Under the pieces are notes generated by a model. The model had not been told where the DNA came from and made no database searches. It saw nothing but the letters and a program-made list of their open reading frames with translations. Below are positions 37,830 through 47,729 of a stretch of DNA of 64,000 nucleotides, piece after piece. Source of the DNA: an uncultured Chloroflexia bacterium (GTDB lineage: Bacteria; Chloroflexota; Anaerolineae; Anaerolineales; Anaerolineaceae); contig CAVUNY010000006.1 of the NCBI GenBank assembly GCA_963743005.1, positions 109,976-173,975 of the forward strand, written 5' to 3'. Both the position numbers and the translations under genes were made by a program. Within the stretch, counting starts at the first letter, position 1. The number at the start of each line of letters is the position of its first letter.

Positions 37830-37978
37830 GGTCCTATTATAAGCGGTTGTAGTAAGGGTTGTATTTACCATAAAAATACACCCTTTCAATGTGTCCGATT
37901 GGACTTCATACCTGATCTCGGGTATGATTCATCATAAGCCATGAGCACTTTTATAAGCCACGCATAGTGAATTTCCCA

Positions 37979-38000
37979 GTGTTCTCTGTGTCTCCGTGGT
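37979..38000 (+). repeat. Second copy of the 22-mer GTGTTCTCTGTGTCTCCGTGGT, 23 nt upstream of the nitroreductase start.
   Basis: It is identical to 8389-8410. Confidence 0.7.
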
Positions 38001-38022
38001 TAGATCTATTAAGGAGTTTACA

Positions 38023-38580
38023 GTGGAAGTTATTGATGCCATTTTCTCTCGCCAATCGATTCAAACCCTGCGCCCGGACCCTGTGCCGCGCGAACTGGTC
38101 GAGCGCCTGCTGGCGGCAGCCGTTCAAGCCCCCAATCACTACCGCGTGCGCCCGTGGCGCTTCGTTGTCTTGCAAGGTCCGGCCCGCGAGCGCCTGGGGG
38201 ACGTCTTCGCGGAAATACTGAGTACGGCTCACCCCGACGCGCCCCCGGCTACCCTGGATAAGGAACGGGCCAAGGCGCTGCGCTCGCCGCTGTTGATCGC
38301 CGTGGGGGTGGACACCCCCGCCGATCCGCGGGTGGTCGAGGTGGAAAATATTTGCGCCGCCGCCGCCGCCGCCGAAAACCTGCTGCTCGCCGCGAATGCC
38401 CTCGGCCTGGCGGCCAAGTGGCGCACCGGCGACGCGGCCTACAACCCACGGGTCAAGGCCTTCTTAGGTTTCCAACCCGACCAGCATTTGGTTGCTTTTC
38501 TTTATATTGGCTTCCCCGAAGGCGAAACTGCGCCGGTCGAACGACTCACCTTTGAGGATCGCACGGTCTGGATGGAATAA
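38023..38580 (+). CDS. Nitroreductase family protein.
   Basis: An AAGGAG RBS precedes the GTG at 38023. The protein has …RPWRFVVLQG… and a GAAAAAENLLLAANALGL nitroreductase signature. Confidence 0.8.
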   Translation: MEVIDAIFSRQSIQTLRPDPVPRELVERLLAAAVQAPNHYRVRPWRFVVLQGPARERLGDVFAEILSTAHPDAPPATLDKERAKALRSPLLIAVGVDTPADPRVVEVENICAAAAAAENLLLAANALGLAAKWRTGDAAYNPRVKAFLGFQPDQHLVAFLYIGFPEGETAPVERLTFEDRTVWME

Positions 38581-38596
38581 ACAACCCGGGAGAAAA

Positions 38597-40444
38597 ATGG
38601 ATATTCTGCAGGCAAACCAGGAAATACAGCGCTTAAAGGGCATTTTCGCTGCCGGGCAGGTTACCGCGGATGCTTTCACCCAGGCAGTCGACCAGCTGCA
38701 GATTGTGGATGCCGCCGGCAGTTTCTGGCACGTTGACGGCGCCACCCTCAGGTGGTACCGTTTCGAAGGCCAGACCTGGGTCGAGCGCACCCCACCTGCC
38801 CCGCCCTTCTCACCGGCGCCGGGTGTTAACCCGGCCGATACGCAGCCCGTCCCGGCGCAGCGCCCTGCCGGACGTTCTGCGCTGCCGCTGTGGATCGGCC
38901 TGGGGACGATCTGGCTGGTGGTGATCGCGGCATTGGTGATCTTTGGCTTGAATGCGTTAGCTCCTGCATCCAACCCCTCGCCCACCCCGATCGCTGCTGC
39001 CTCCACCACCCTGCCAATAGTAGAGACCACCGCTGCTCCCAGCCTGACTGCGGCAGCGCCTACCCAGAAACCGACCCTCCTGGCGGCCACACCCACCCAG
39101 GCAGCGACAGCAGCGCCCTCGGTGACACTCACCCCGGCAGCCCTATCTGCGGCGGATATTTTATTCCCGAAGGGTCCCTGGCTGCTTTCAAAAGATAATG
39201 ACAACGTATATTGGATCCTGCCCGAGGGCTCGATCACTTTAAACGCGGACAAAGTTGTCAGCCCGTTCGCGGTCGAGGCTATGATTTCCCCGACCGGCGG
39301 GAATGTGGCTTTCATTACATCGCCATCCACGGACGGTATGCATCAGCTGAGTCTCAATATCTACAGCCTTTCAAAAAGGAATGTGGTCGCCAAGATCGCG
39401 CTCACTGCCCTTAAAACAGAGTTGGGTCCCTATGCGGGGCCTGGGGACCCTGCCTTCGAGGCGCTGCGTTCGATCACCGAATTCACCAGCCTGGCCTGGT
39501 CTCCGGATGGGCGCCAGCTGGCTTTCATTGGCGTCATGGACGGCCCCTCGTCCGACCTCTACCTGTACACCCTGGAAACCGGCAAGGTTACCCGCCTGAC
39601 GGACGAGCCCAGCCAGGCTTTTGAACCCAGCTGGTCGCCGGATGGCAAATACATCGTCCAATTTGGAGCCACAGCCTTCGGCACCGGGGCCGGTTTTTCG
39701 ATGTCAGGCGTGTGGGCCACCCGCCCGGATAGCGGCGCCTCGATCGAGCTGTATACCCCGCACAGCAGCGAAGAAATTGGTCTGGGCTGGGCCGGTGCGA
39801 ACACATTCCTGGTGTACAGCTTCAGTCCGGCCTGCGACAACTTCAACCTGCGTGCTGTCGATATTGAGCCCCTGAAGGTGCGCACTATTTTCAGCGGCTG
39901 TTTTAATGCCATTGATTTCGCCCCATCTTCGGTCAGCGTAGTGCTGGGCATCGCCCAGGATATAGCGGATAACTGCGTCTGCGGCGATAAAGTCGACAGC
40001 GGGTTGTACCTGGTCAAACTGGATGGTAGCTACCAGCGACTGGACCCGGCAAACTTCTTCCAGGCATCCTGGATTAAGAGTGCCAGCGTGGCCTGGGGCA
40101 TGTCGGATAAAGGTGTAGTGGCAGCCTTTAACCAGGCCGGCGAAGCCATTGCCCTGCCTACCGGTGTGCCTGTGGGCTTTCCGCTCGCGGCGCCTGGGGG
40201 AAAAGTTTGGGCCTGGGCCGTCGATACCATTGGCACCATACCCGGCTTGTGGGTCGGCCCGCCAGGCGGCGCAGCCCCCATGGTATCCAAACTGCCTGTG
40301 TCGTCGGCGGTGTGGAACGAGAGCGGCACGGCGCTGGTCTTTTTGAGCGGGGATACCCTGTACGCTGCCGCGGCCCCGCAGTACTCGCCGGCACCGCTGC
40401 TCAAGGTGTCATCTCCCGGTCGCCTGGCCTGGGCGACCCCTTAG
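38597..40444 (+). CDS. Membrane-anchored protein with a PT/A-rich linker and a TolB-like (PD40) beta-propeller domain.
   Basis: A GGGAG RBS precedes the ATG at 38597. One TM segment is present (LPLWIGLGTIWLVVIAALVIFGL). PD40 repeats include LAWSPDGRQLAF and EPSWSPDGKYIV. Confidence 0.6.
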   Translation: MDILQANQEIQRLKGIFAAGQVTADAFTQAVDQLQIVDAAGSFWHVDGATLRWYRFEGQTWVERTPPAPPFSPAPGVNPADTQPVPAQRPAGRSALPLWIGLGTIWLVVIAALVIFGLNALAPASNPSPTPIAAASTTLPIVETTAAPSLTAAAPTQKPTLLAATPTQAATAAPSVTLTPAALSAADILFPKGPWLLSKDNDNVYWILPEGSITLNADKVVSPFAVEAMISPTGGNVAFITSPSTDGMHQLSLNIYSLSKRNVVAKIALTALKTELGPYAGPGDPAFEALRSITEFTSLAWSPDGRQLAFIGVMDGPSSDLYLYTLETGKVTRLTDEPSQAFEPSWSPDGKYIVQFGATAFGTGAGFSMSGVWATRPDSGASIELYTPHSSEEIGLGWAGANTFLVYSFSPACDNFNLRAVDIEPLKVRTIFSGCFNAIDFAPSSVSVVLGIAQDIADNCVCGDKVDSGLYLVKLDGSYQRLDPANFFQASWIKSASVAWGMSDKGVVAAFNQAGEAIALPTGVPVGFPLAAPGGKVWAWAVDTIGTIPGLWVGPPGGAAPMVSKLPVSSAVWNESGTALVFLSGDTLYAAAAPQYSPAPLLKVSSPGRLAWATP

Positions 40445-40476
40445 CGCTTACTTTTATCGATTGGACAGGAAAAATA

Positions 40477-40833
40477 ATGGATGTCGTTAACCTTGCCCAT
40501 AAATTGACACTCTTTAACGACTGCTGGCGCCCGCGCATCGTCGGCGAGCTCAACGGCCAGCAGGTCAAGCTGGTCAAGCTGCAGGGGGAGTTCGTCTGGC
40601 ACCACCACGATGCCGAGGATGAATTATTTCTGGTGATCAAGGGCCGGCTGCTGATCCGCCTGCCGGACCGTGAGCTGTGGGTAGGTGAAGGCGAGTTCGC
40701 CATCATCCCCCGCGGCGTCGAACACTGCCCGGTCGCGCAGGAAGAGGTGCACGTCTTGCTGCTGGAGCCGGCCTCTACCCTGAATACCGGCAACCTACGC
40801 AACGACCGCACCCAGGATGCGGATTGGATCTAG
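40477..40833 (+). CDS. Cupin domain protein.
   Basis: AGGA RBS. The protein has a …WHHHDAEDELFLVIKG…IPRGVEHCP cupin motif. Confidence 0.7.
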   Translation: MDVVNLAHKLTLFNDCWRPRIVGELNGQQVKLVKLQGEFVWHHHDAEDELFLVIKGRLLIRLPDRELWVGEGEFAIIPRGVEHCPVAQEEVHVLLLEPASTLNTGNLRNDRTQDADWI

Positions 40834-40840
40834 TATTGTA

Positions 40841-40880
40841 AACGAGAGACAGGCCGGCATCTGCCGGCCTGTCTCTCGTT
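40841..40880. terminator. Bidirectional terminator between convergent genes: a perfect 18 bp-stem hairpin (AACGAGAGACAGGCCGGCA/TGCCGGCCTGTCTCTCGTT).
   Basis: The palindrome is read directly and is flanked by AT-rich sequence on both sides. Confidence 0.7.
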
Positions 40881-40973
40881 AAATATTTTAGTAAAGTCGC
40901 ACAATCAACTTTTGTCTGACACCTCTGATAAACCTGCATGGTTGGACTGACTAGCTGAACTGCTGACCCGCTC

Positions 40974-41330
40974 TTACTTCGCCATGCCCTTCTTCACCGG
41001 CAGCCCGTTTTTCATCCAGCGCGTCATGCCGCCTTTCATATTGCTGACCCGATAGCCTTCCTTCTCCAACCGGCGGGCCGCGGAGCTGCTGCGGTTCCCG
41101 GTAGCGCACACGCAAACCACATCCCGGTCGCGGGGGATGCGCTTGAGCTTTTCAGACAGCTCGTTCAGCGGGATCAGCTGGGCGCCGCTGATGTGATATT
41201 CTTTATATTCTTGCGCGGTGCGCACGTCCAGCAGGATCGGGCGCGGGTGCTGAGAAATTAACTCCTTAACCTGGTCCGGTTCTAACTGGGTGATGGTCGA
41301 TTTTTGAAACAGCCTGGTAATAAAATCCAT
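40974..41330 (-). CDS. Rhodanese-like single-domain sulfurtransferase.
   Basis: The active-site region VVCVCATGNRS has the rhodanese CxxGxR loop. Confidence 0.75.
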   Translation of the reverse strand: MDFITRLFQKSTITQLEPDQVKELISQHPRPILLDVRTAQEYKEYHISGAQLIPLNELSEKLKRIPRDRDVVCVCATGNRSSSAARRLEKEGYRVSNMKGGMTRWMKNGLPVKKGMAK

Positions 41331-41411
41331 TTTCTTTTTCCTGAAACGTTTGATAGTAGAGTAGAGAGTTTGCGCCCGATCAATAACCGCCTGCGCAAAA
41401 CCAAGGGAGTA

Positions 41412-41969
41412 TTATATCGCGCATTGGTCCGTAAATCCAGCCGGCGGAATACCCAGCGCCTGCACCAGCCGCGCCCAATAATTGACCTGGGCGGCTGTGC
41501 TGGCCAGGATGACTATCTCGCGTTCCGTGAAATTCTGCTTGAGCTCGTCAATAAATTCCCTGGGGAATTGTAACGGTGTCTGCGAGATCAGCCTGGCATA
41601 CTGGCTGGCCAGTTTTTCTCGCTTCGAAAACGAATCGATCGCCGCGACCTCTTTGCGACCCTGCAGGCCGGATAATTCCTCCGGCGTGATCCCGGTCTCT
41701 TCATACCGGTAGCTGTTCATATCGATGCAAAACGGGCAGGCAGCCGCGAATGAGGCCTGGATGCGCACAATTTTGAGCATGCGTTCATCCAAATTGCCAT
41801 CGTGATGCGCCACAAGCGATTCCAGCACGCCCGATCCGACGGCTGCTTTCGGATACCAGGCCAGGATTTTGCCCGGCAGCATGTCTTTGCCCGTGATCCT
41901 TTTGGAAATCCAGATCCCTATTCTCAAGTAGAACGGAATATTTTTCGGCGGTTCGATAAACGCTTCCAT
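41412..41969 (-). CDS. Carboxymuconolactone decarboxylase (AhpD-like) family protein.
   Basis: A CMD-family core is present (…AAACPFCIDMNSY…). Confidence 0.6.
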   Translation of the reverse strand: MEAFIEPPKNIPFYLRIGIWISKRITGKDMLPGKILAWYPKAAVGSGVLESLVAHHDGNLDERMLKIVRIQASFAAACPFCIDMNSYRYEETGITPEELSGLQGRKEVAAIDSFSKREKLASQYARLISQTPLQFPREFIDELKQNFTEREIVILASTAAQVNYWARLVQALGIPPAGFTDQCAI

Positions 41970-42203
41970 CTTATCAGTCTCCTCCCCGATTTAGCGATTT
42001 GTATGTATTTGCCTCCGCCTCAGTCCTGGCTGCCTTACGCAAGCACTCAAGGCGAAAATAATGAGAATTGGGAATTTTGACCGCATTTATGCGGTCAAAA
42101 TTCCCATACTATTCTATTTTCCCCCTTCCCACCGGGAACGGGGCAGGGGGATGGGCAATTTAATGTGGTCATTTTATAGGAGCGCACGGTCCAGCTGGTG
42201 ACA

Positions 42204-43262
42204 TTAGCTTTCTTCCAGCTCCACCGAAGCCAGGATAAATGGCCCCACCCCTTTGTAATCGTTGGTGATGATTTTCTCGTGGGTGTAGTATTCGTACGAA
42301 CCATCCCGGTAGGGCACGCCCCCCAGACCCGCCGCGCCGCACACCTTTTCCAGGTTGACCAGCCCGTCTTCACCCACCCGCACGAAATGTTCCAGCATCC
42401 CCTGGTAACCGCGCCGGGCCGCGGCCCGCATTTCTGGCGGCAGGTAGCCCAGCCGGGCAGCTTTCGCCAGGCTGTAGACGAACATCCCCGAGCCGGAAGC
42501 TTCCAGGTAGTTCGTCTCCCGCCCGCCCTGGTCCAGCACCTGGAACCACAACCCGCTGACGGGGTCCTGCACCTTGAGCACGGCCACAGCCAGACGCTGC
42601 AGGATTTCCAGCACCACCGCCCGTCCGGGGTGGCCGGCGGGCAGGATTTCGAGGATTTCCACGATCGCCATCGCATACCAACCCAGGGCTCGCCCCCAGA
42701 AATGCGGCGAGCACCCGGTCTGCGGGTCGGCCCAGGGCATCTGCTTGCTCTCGTCCCAGGCGTGATATAGCAGCCCGGTGCGCGGGTCGCGGGCGTGCTG
42801 CTCCATCACCACGATCTCATGCACGACGTCGTCAAAAGCGGCCGGCTCAGCGAAGGCGCGCGCATATTCCGCGTAGAACGGCCCGGCCATATACACGCCG
42901 TCCAGCCACATCTGGTTGGGGTAGATTTGCTTGTGCCAGAAACCACCCGCCCGGGTGCGCGGCTGCGACCTGAGCTGTGAACGCAGCAGGTCCATCGCCT
43001 TCTTAAACCTTTCTTCTCCGGTGGTGCGGTACAGTAGGAACAACAGCCGCCCGGCGTAGATCTGGTCGAGGTTATATTCGCCGACCTGATAGGTCAGAAT
43101 ATCCCCCGCCGGGGTGATCAGCGGGTCCAGGTCGTTCCAGATGTAGTCATAGTAGCGCGCTTCGCCGGTCTTCAGCCACACCTGCTCGACCGCCTTGTGC
43201 ACCAGCCCATACTCATAATGCCAGCGGTAAGGCACTGCCCGCTTCATCACCGAATCGGCCAT
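42204..43262 (-). CDS. GH88/GH105 unsaturated glucuronyl/rhamnogalacturonyl hydrolase family protein.
   Basis: The (alpha/alpha)6 hydrolase shows WDESKQMPWADPQTGCSPHFWGRALGW and YRDGSYEYYTHE motifs. The start is taken at the ATG at 43262 (MADSVMKR…). Confidence 0.65.
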   Translation of the reverse strand: MADSVMKRAVPYRWHYEYGLVHKAVEQVWLKTGEARYYDYIWNDLDPLITPAGDILTYQVGEYNLDQIYAGRLLFLLYRTTGEERFKKAMDLLRSQLRSQPRTRAGGFWHKQIYPNQMWLDGVYMAGPFYAEYARAFAEPAAFDDVVHEIVVMEQHARDPRTGLLYHAWDESKQMPWADPQTGCSPHFWGRALGWYAMAIVEILEILPAGHPGRAVVLEILQRLAVAVLKVQDPVSGLWFQVLDQGGRETNYLEASGSGMFVYSLAKAARLGYLPPEMRAAARRGYQGMLEHFVRVGEDGLVNLEKVCGAAGLGGVPYRDGSYEYYTHEKIITNDYKGVGPFILASVELEES

Positions 43263-43475
43263 GCGCACCGACCATGCCTGGCTGGATTCTGTTCCTGGGT
43301 GGGATGTGTTTTCCAATGCTGTTCTCCTGTGAATCGGGATGGGACGCCCACTCAAAAAGGGGATCACCCTAATGGGGTTTGGAAATTCGCTGCAGTCCGA
43401 TTCCATTTTATGCCAGTTTTCGGGAATGGATTCATGAATCGGATACTGCATTGTTAATCAATAGCTATAAAATGC

Positions 43476-44144
43476 TTATGCCAGCAGCAGCCGCGCCAGG
43501 CTGCCGGCCAGCCAGGCTGAATACTGCTCCCGGGGCCAGCCGCGTTCGACCGTCAGCAGGTGGAACACCTCCGCCGATGACAGCGCCCAGACCGTCTCGC
43601 CGGCCTGTTGGCGGTCGAGTCCGGCCCGCAGGCTGTGAGTGCGTTCCAGCTGCTCGATCAAAAACATCATTCCCTGCAGCCGTTCCGCCAGCAGGCGTTC
43701 CAGCAGGGCGGCGATCTCCGGCTCGCTTTTGGCGGCGGTGCGCAGCAGGCTGAAGATTGGGCTCATGCGCGCCATGACCCCAACTACGTCCCCGGCAAAG
43801 TGGTCCAGCAAACGCCGTGGGTCGTTTTCATCCTGCGCCGCCCGGATGCCCGGGCGCTGCAGCAGGGGCACAGGTTCGTCATCTCCCACCACCGAAAAAT
43901 CCACCACGGCAGACAGGATCGCCACCTTGTTGCCAAAAGTGGCATAGATTGTCTCCACCGCCACGCCGGCCTGCTGGGCGATGGCTTCGATCGCCGTGCC
44001 GCTGTAGCCGCGCTCGTGGAACAGCCTGCCGGCAGCCTCGACGATCAGGCGGCGCGTCTGGCGGGCCTGCGCCAGGCGGCGGGTGGAGTTGTAGGTGCGT
44101 TTAGGTTTGGGTGAATCGCTCATAGCCTGTTGACTCTTGTTCAA
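43476..44144 (-). CDS. TetR/AcrR family transcriptional regulator.
   Basis: The N-terminal HTH is RLIVEAAGRLFHERGYSGTAIEAIAQQAGVAVETIY. Confidence 0.85.
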   Translation of the reverse strand: MNKSQQAMSDSPKPKRTYNSTRRLAQARQTRRLIVEAAGRLFHERGYSGTAIEAIAQQAGVAVETIYATFGNKVAILSAVVDFSVVGDDEPVPLLQRPGIRAAQDENDPRRLLDHFAGDVVGVMARMSPIFSLLRTAAKSEPEIAALLERLLAERLQGMMFLIEQLERTHSLRAGLDRQQAGETVWALSSAEVFHLLTVERGWPREQYSAWLAGSLARLLLA

Positions 44145-44273
44145 TTTAGATGTATTATATCAATATTGAATACAGTGATACTATATTAAATATAAGGTTC
44201 CTGTTAAATCATAACCGATATTTGATACCAGGGTCGCTGTTTATTGGTCATATTATTCGTAAAGGAGCTCAAA

Positions 44274-44693
44274 ATGTCCGTCAAAGAGAATATGGAAATG
44301 TTCCGCACCGTGGTGGAAGAAGGTTTCAACAAGGGCAACCTGGGCGCGCTGGATGCCCTGTTTGCCCCCGATTACCAGGAGCATCAGTTTGGCCTGCGCC
44401 CCACCCTGGATGGGATGAAGCAAGACATCCAGTTCCTGCGCACCGCTTTTCCTGATTTTCACCTGGAGATCGCAGACATGGTCGCCAACGAGGATGAAGT
44501 CTGGGCGCGCATGACCGGCACCGGCACCCACCGCGGCCCTTTTATGGGCCCGCCCACCGGAAAATCGTTCAAAATCACCGTGTTCGACGTGCTGCGCATT
44601 AAAAACGAGAAAATCAGCGACCATTGGGGCGTGCCGGACCGTTTCGCGGTCATGGCCCAACTGGGCCTGATCCCCCAGCCGCAAACGACCTGA
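44274..44693 (+). CDS. SnoaL-like ester cyclase (NTF2-like fold), divergent from the TetR gene.
   Basis: The protein has …NMEMFRTVVEEGFNKGNLGALDALFAPDY… typical of SnoaL_2. Confidence 0.65.
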   Translation: MSVKENMEMFRTVVEEGFNKGNLGALDALFAPDYQEHQFGLRPTLDGMKQDIQFLRTAFPDFHLEIADMVANEDEVWARMTGTGTHRGPFMGPPTGKSFKITVFDVLRIKNEKISDHWGVPDRFAVMAQLGLIPQPQTT

Positions 44694-44800
44694 CCTTTCC
44701 TCATCCCCAACCCCTTCCCCTCTCCGACCCGTATAGGGGAAGGGGCCTGGAGCAGGGGTGAGGTTTGTATTATGGCAATGTCGAAACAATCTCGCCTTTT

Positions 44801-45547
44801 TTAATCAACCATCCAAATTTGGTACAACCCCAAACGCCCGCCGGCGCCGTCGGATTCGTATTCCGACTCGAGCGCAAAGCCGCAGCTTTCGGCCAGCCCG
44901 GCCAACTCTTCCCGGCTGAAAAGGTGTACGTAGCGCAGCCCGACCTGCTCCGCCTGGCCCGGCAGTGCATAGCGCCAGTCCAGCAGAGTATCGCCCGGCT
45001 CGACCTGCGCCGCGCTCAACCCTACCCGTTCCCAGGGCAGGATGCGCGCGGCCAATTTCGGGCTGTGCTGGAACTGCCATACCGAAAGCGCCAGGCGACC
45101 CTCCGCCGCCAGCAGGCGGCGCGCCTGCCGCAGCACGCCCGCGCGCAGCTCGTCCCCGGGCAGGTGATGCAGCACGGCGAAGCACGAGATCACCCCCCAG
45201 GCGCCCGGCGCCAAATCCTCGGCCCAACCCTCCGCCGCCAGGTCGGCCTGGCGGTAGGCGGCGCTGAAACCCGGGGAGTGGGGCGGGTCCTGCCCGGCCT
45301 CTGCCAGCAGTTCCGCCGATGCATCCAGCCCCAGGTAATGCCCGCTGTAGCCGCTTTTCACCAGGTAACGCGCCAGCTCGCCCGACCCGCAGCCCAGGTC
45401 CAGCCAATTCCCCGCCTGGGGCAGCCCCGCCGCGGCGTGCTGCATGCCCAGCGGCACCCGGAGCCGGGTGGCGGCAAATGCCCGGCCGAAATCCTGGTAA
45501 AAGCGCCGGTTGAGTTCGAGCAGGAGTTGGGTGGTGTGGGGGTGCAT
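44801..45547 (-). CDS. Class I SAM-dependent methyltransferase.
   Basis: Motif I is LDLGCGSGELARYL. The likely start is the ATG at 45547; the GTG at 45574 is also open. Confidence 0.75.
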   Translation of the reverse strand: MHPHTTQLLLELNRRFYQDFGRAFAATRLRVPLGMQHAAAGLPQAGNWLDLGCGSGELARYLVKSGYSGHYLGLDASAELLAEAGQDPPHSPGFSAAYRQADLAAEGWAEDLAPGAWGVISCFAVLHHLPGDELRAGVLRQARRLLAAEGRLALSVWQFQHSPKLAARILPWERVGLSAAQVEPGDTLLDWRYALPGQAEQVGLRYVHLFSREELAGLAESCGFALESEYESDGAGGRLGLYQIWMVD

Positions 45548-45571
45548 GGGGGGCCTGGTTTTGTCATTTAT

Positions 45572-45598
45572 CACAGAGACGCAGAGACTCAGAGAAAA
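45572..45598 (-). repeat. CACAGAG-heptad element (on the minus strand TTTTCTCTGAGTCTCTGCGTCTCTGTG) directly upstream of the methyltransferase gene.
   Basis: Same family as 8336-8410, 37979-38000 and 61789-61862. Confidence 0.55.
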
Positions 45599-45645
45599 TC
45601 GGTTTGAGATCTGATGCGTACGAACAACTTATTGTACAGCATGCT

Positions 45646-47566
45646 GCGGGGTTTCAATGATTTATGAGATTTATGCTGTTATAAATGACTCCCCTGCAAA
45701 AAGGAGTAGACAAAAGAGGTAAAAGTTTAATATAATAGGTCAAGCCATTCTACACCATATCCATCCAGGTCGTGAAACATGTTCCGAAAAAACACCCGCC
45801 ATTTACAGCCGGTATTGATCAGCAACGTTCAAGATTTACCTGAAAAACACCGCAAGCGTTTGGAAAACTCATGGGCGGGGGTTTTCTACCGGGAGACCTT
45901 CAGCCGCCTGGATGAGCGGCCCTTTGAGGTGCTGTATGCGGATTGTCCCTCTCGGCCGAATGTACCGGTGAATGTGCTGGTCGGGCTGGAAAGTCTGAAG
46001 GCCGATTTCGGCTGGAGCGATGAAGAGATGTATGATGCCTTTACCTATGACATGCAAGTACGCTACGCGCTGGGGTATCAGCAGTTAGGTGAGGGGGACT
46101 TTGATCTGCGCAGCCTGTATTACTTTCGCGAGCGGGTCAGCCGATATAGGCAGGAGAAGGGGATCAATCTAATCGAGAAAGCTTTTGAGCAAGTGACCGA
46201 CGAGCAGATTCAGGCCTACCAGCTCAAGACGGGCAAACAGCGCACGGACAGCACTCAAATCGCCAGCAACATTCGCGAAATGAGCCGGCTGCAGTTGTTG
46301 GTGGAGGTGATCCAGCGCGTACACCGCATGTTGAAGGAAGAAGACCAGAAAGGCTATGCGGAAGCCTTTGCGCCGTTTATCCTGGGGCATTCCGGGCAAT
46401 ATATCTATCATCTCAAGGGGCAGGACACGAGCGAGCATCTCCAGAAGATCGGGGAATTGATGCAGCGCATCCTGGGCGAACTGCAAAACGCATATAGCCA
46501 AGAGCCGGTCTACCAGATGCTGGAACGGGTGTTTGGCGAGCATTATCGGGTGGATGAGCAGGTCGTGAAAACCAAAGTGGACAAAGAATTGAGCGCCAGC
46601 AGCCTGCAATCGCCCGACGATCTGGAAGCGACCTACCGGGAGAAAGGTCACAAGGCCTACAAGGGTTACGTGGCCAATCTGACCGAGACGTGTGACCCGG
46701 AAAATAAGCTGCAATTGATCACCAAAACCGCGGTGGCGCCCAATAGTGTCGATGATGCCAAACTGATGGAAGAGGATGTAGCTAACTTGAAAGAGCGCAC
46801 CGACCTGAAAACGCTCTATACAGATGGCGGCTACGGCAGTCCCGACGCGGACCAGACCCTGCGGGATCACAAAGTGGAACAAATCCAAACCGCGATCCGC
46901 GGTCGGGTGCCAAGCAGCGAAAAACTCAACCTGGCGGATTTTGAAATCCAGCAGGCCGAGAGTGGCAAGCCCACCCAGATCACCTGCCCGCAGGGACAGA
47001 AGGTAGCGGTTCACCCCAGCAGCCAGAAAAAAGGGTATGTGGCTCATTTTGACCTGCCTATCTGCCAGACCTGTCCGTTCTTCCAGACGAGTTGTCCGGC
47101 CCAACCTGGAAAACGCGACCCGAGGTTACGCCTGAACTTTAGTGAAGCTCAGGCAAATGTGTCGCAGCGCAGACGACGCAGTCTGGCTTGTCTGCAAGAA
47201 GGACGAAACTTACGGGCGGCCGTTGAAGCAACAGTGCGGGAAGTCAAACACCCCTTCCCGGCCAGCAAGTTGCCCGTGAGAGGCCGATTTCGGATAGCCT
47301 GTATAGTCGCCGGTTCAGCCCTGGTCACCAATGCGCACCGCATCCAACGCTACCTGGTCGCCAAAATAAAGTTGGAAAATGAGCAAAAGAAGGCCCAAAC
47401 AGAGCAGGAATGCGCCCAAGATGGGCATGCGGTTGTGTTTTTTGCTTCGCTGAAAGCGGTTTTTGAGGCCGGACTAGCCCTTTTGGGATGGCGGAAGCGA
47501 AGTTTCAGTTTTTAATGTTCGAGTTCTTGCAGTGGAGTCATAAATGAATGAAGATTTATAAATCAT
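45646..47566 (+). mobile_element. Insertion sequence (about 1.9 kb) with imperfect roughly 40 bp terminal inverted repeats and a single DDE transposase gene. Size and N-terminal domain suggest IS1182/IS5-like.
   Basis: IRL 45646-45687 pairs with IRR 47528-47566: the outer 10 bp AATGATTTAT/ATAAATCATT are perfect, and the inner block …ATGACTCCCCTGC / GCAGTGGAGTCAT is conserved. Confidence 0.65.
45779..47515 (+). CDS. DDE transposase (578 aa) with an InsH-N/DUF772-like N-terminus.
   Basis: The N-terminus …LPEKHRKRLENSWAGVFYRE… is typical of IS1182/IS5-group transposases, with a C-terminal Cys cluster. Family assignment is from memory only. Confidence 0.65.
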   Translation: MFRKNTRHLQPVLISNVQDLPEKHRKRLENSWAGVFYRETFSRLDERPFEVLYADCPSRPNVPVNVLVGLESLKADFGWSDEEMYDAFTYDMQVRYALGYQQLGEGDFDLRSLYYFRERVSRYRQEKGINLIEKAFEQVTDEQIQAYQLKTGKQRTDSTQIASNIREMSRLQLLVEVIQRVHRMLKEEDQKGYAEAFAPFILGHSGQYIYHLKGQDTSEHLQKIGELMQRILGELQNAYSQEPVYQMLERVFGEHYRVDEQVVKTKVDKELSASSLQSPDDLEATYREKGHKAYKGYVANLTETCDPENKLQLITKTAVAPNSVDDAKLMEEDVANLKERTDLKTLYTDGGYGSPDADQTLRDHKVEQIQTAIRGRVPSSEKLNLADFEIQQAESGKPTQITCPQGQKVAVHPSSQKKGYVAHFDLPICQTCPFFQTSCPAQPGKRDPRLRLNFSEAQANVSQRRRRSLACLQEGRNLRAAVEATVREVKHPFPASKLPVRGRFRIACIVAGSALVTNAHRIQRYLVAKIKLENEQKKAQTEQECAQDGHAVVFFASLKAVFEAGLALLGWRKRSFSF

Positions 47567-47729
47567 TCGCATAGATAAATGGGACTGCCTGCCCCTATCC
47601 TGCCTGGCGCAGAATGCTGTAAAATAAATTCACTCCAGCGGTCTCACCAATGTGGTCTGGCGATCGACACCGCCTGAAAATTTTTTCCAGATGAGCGCGG
47701 TCTCGAACCGATCCACAAAGAGGTATGCA

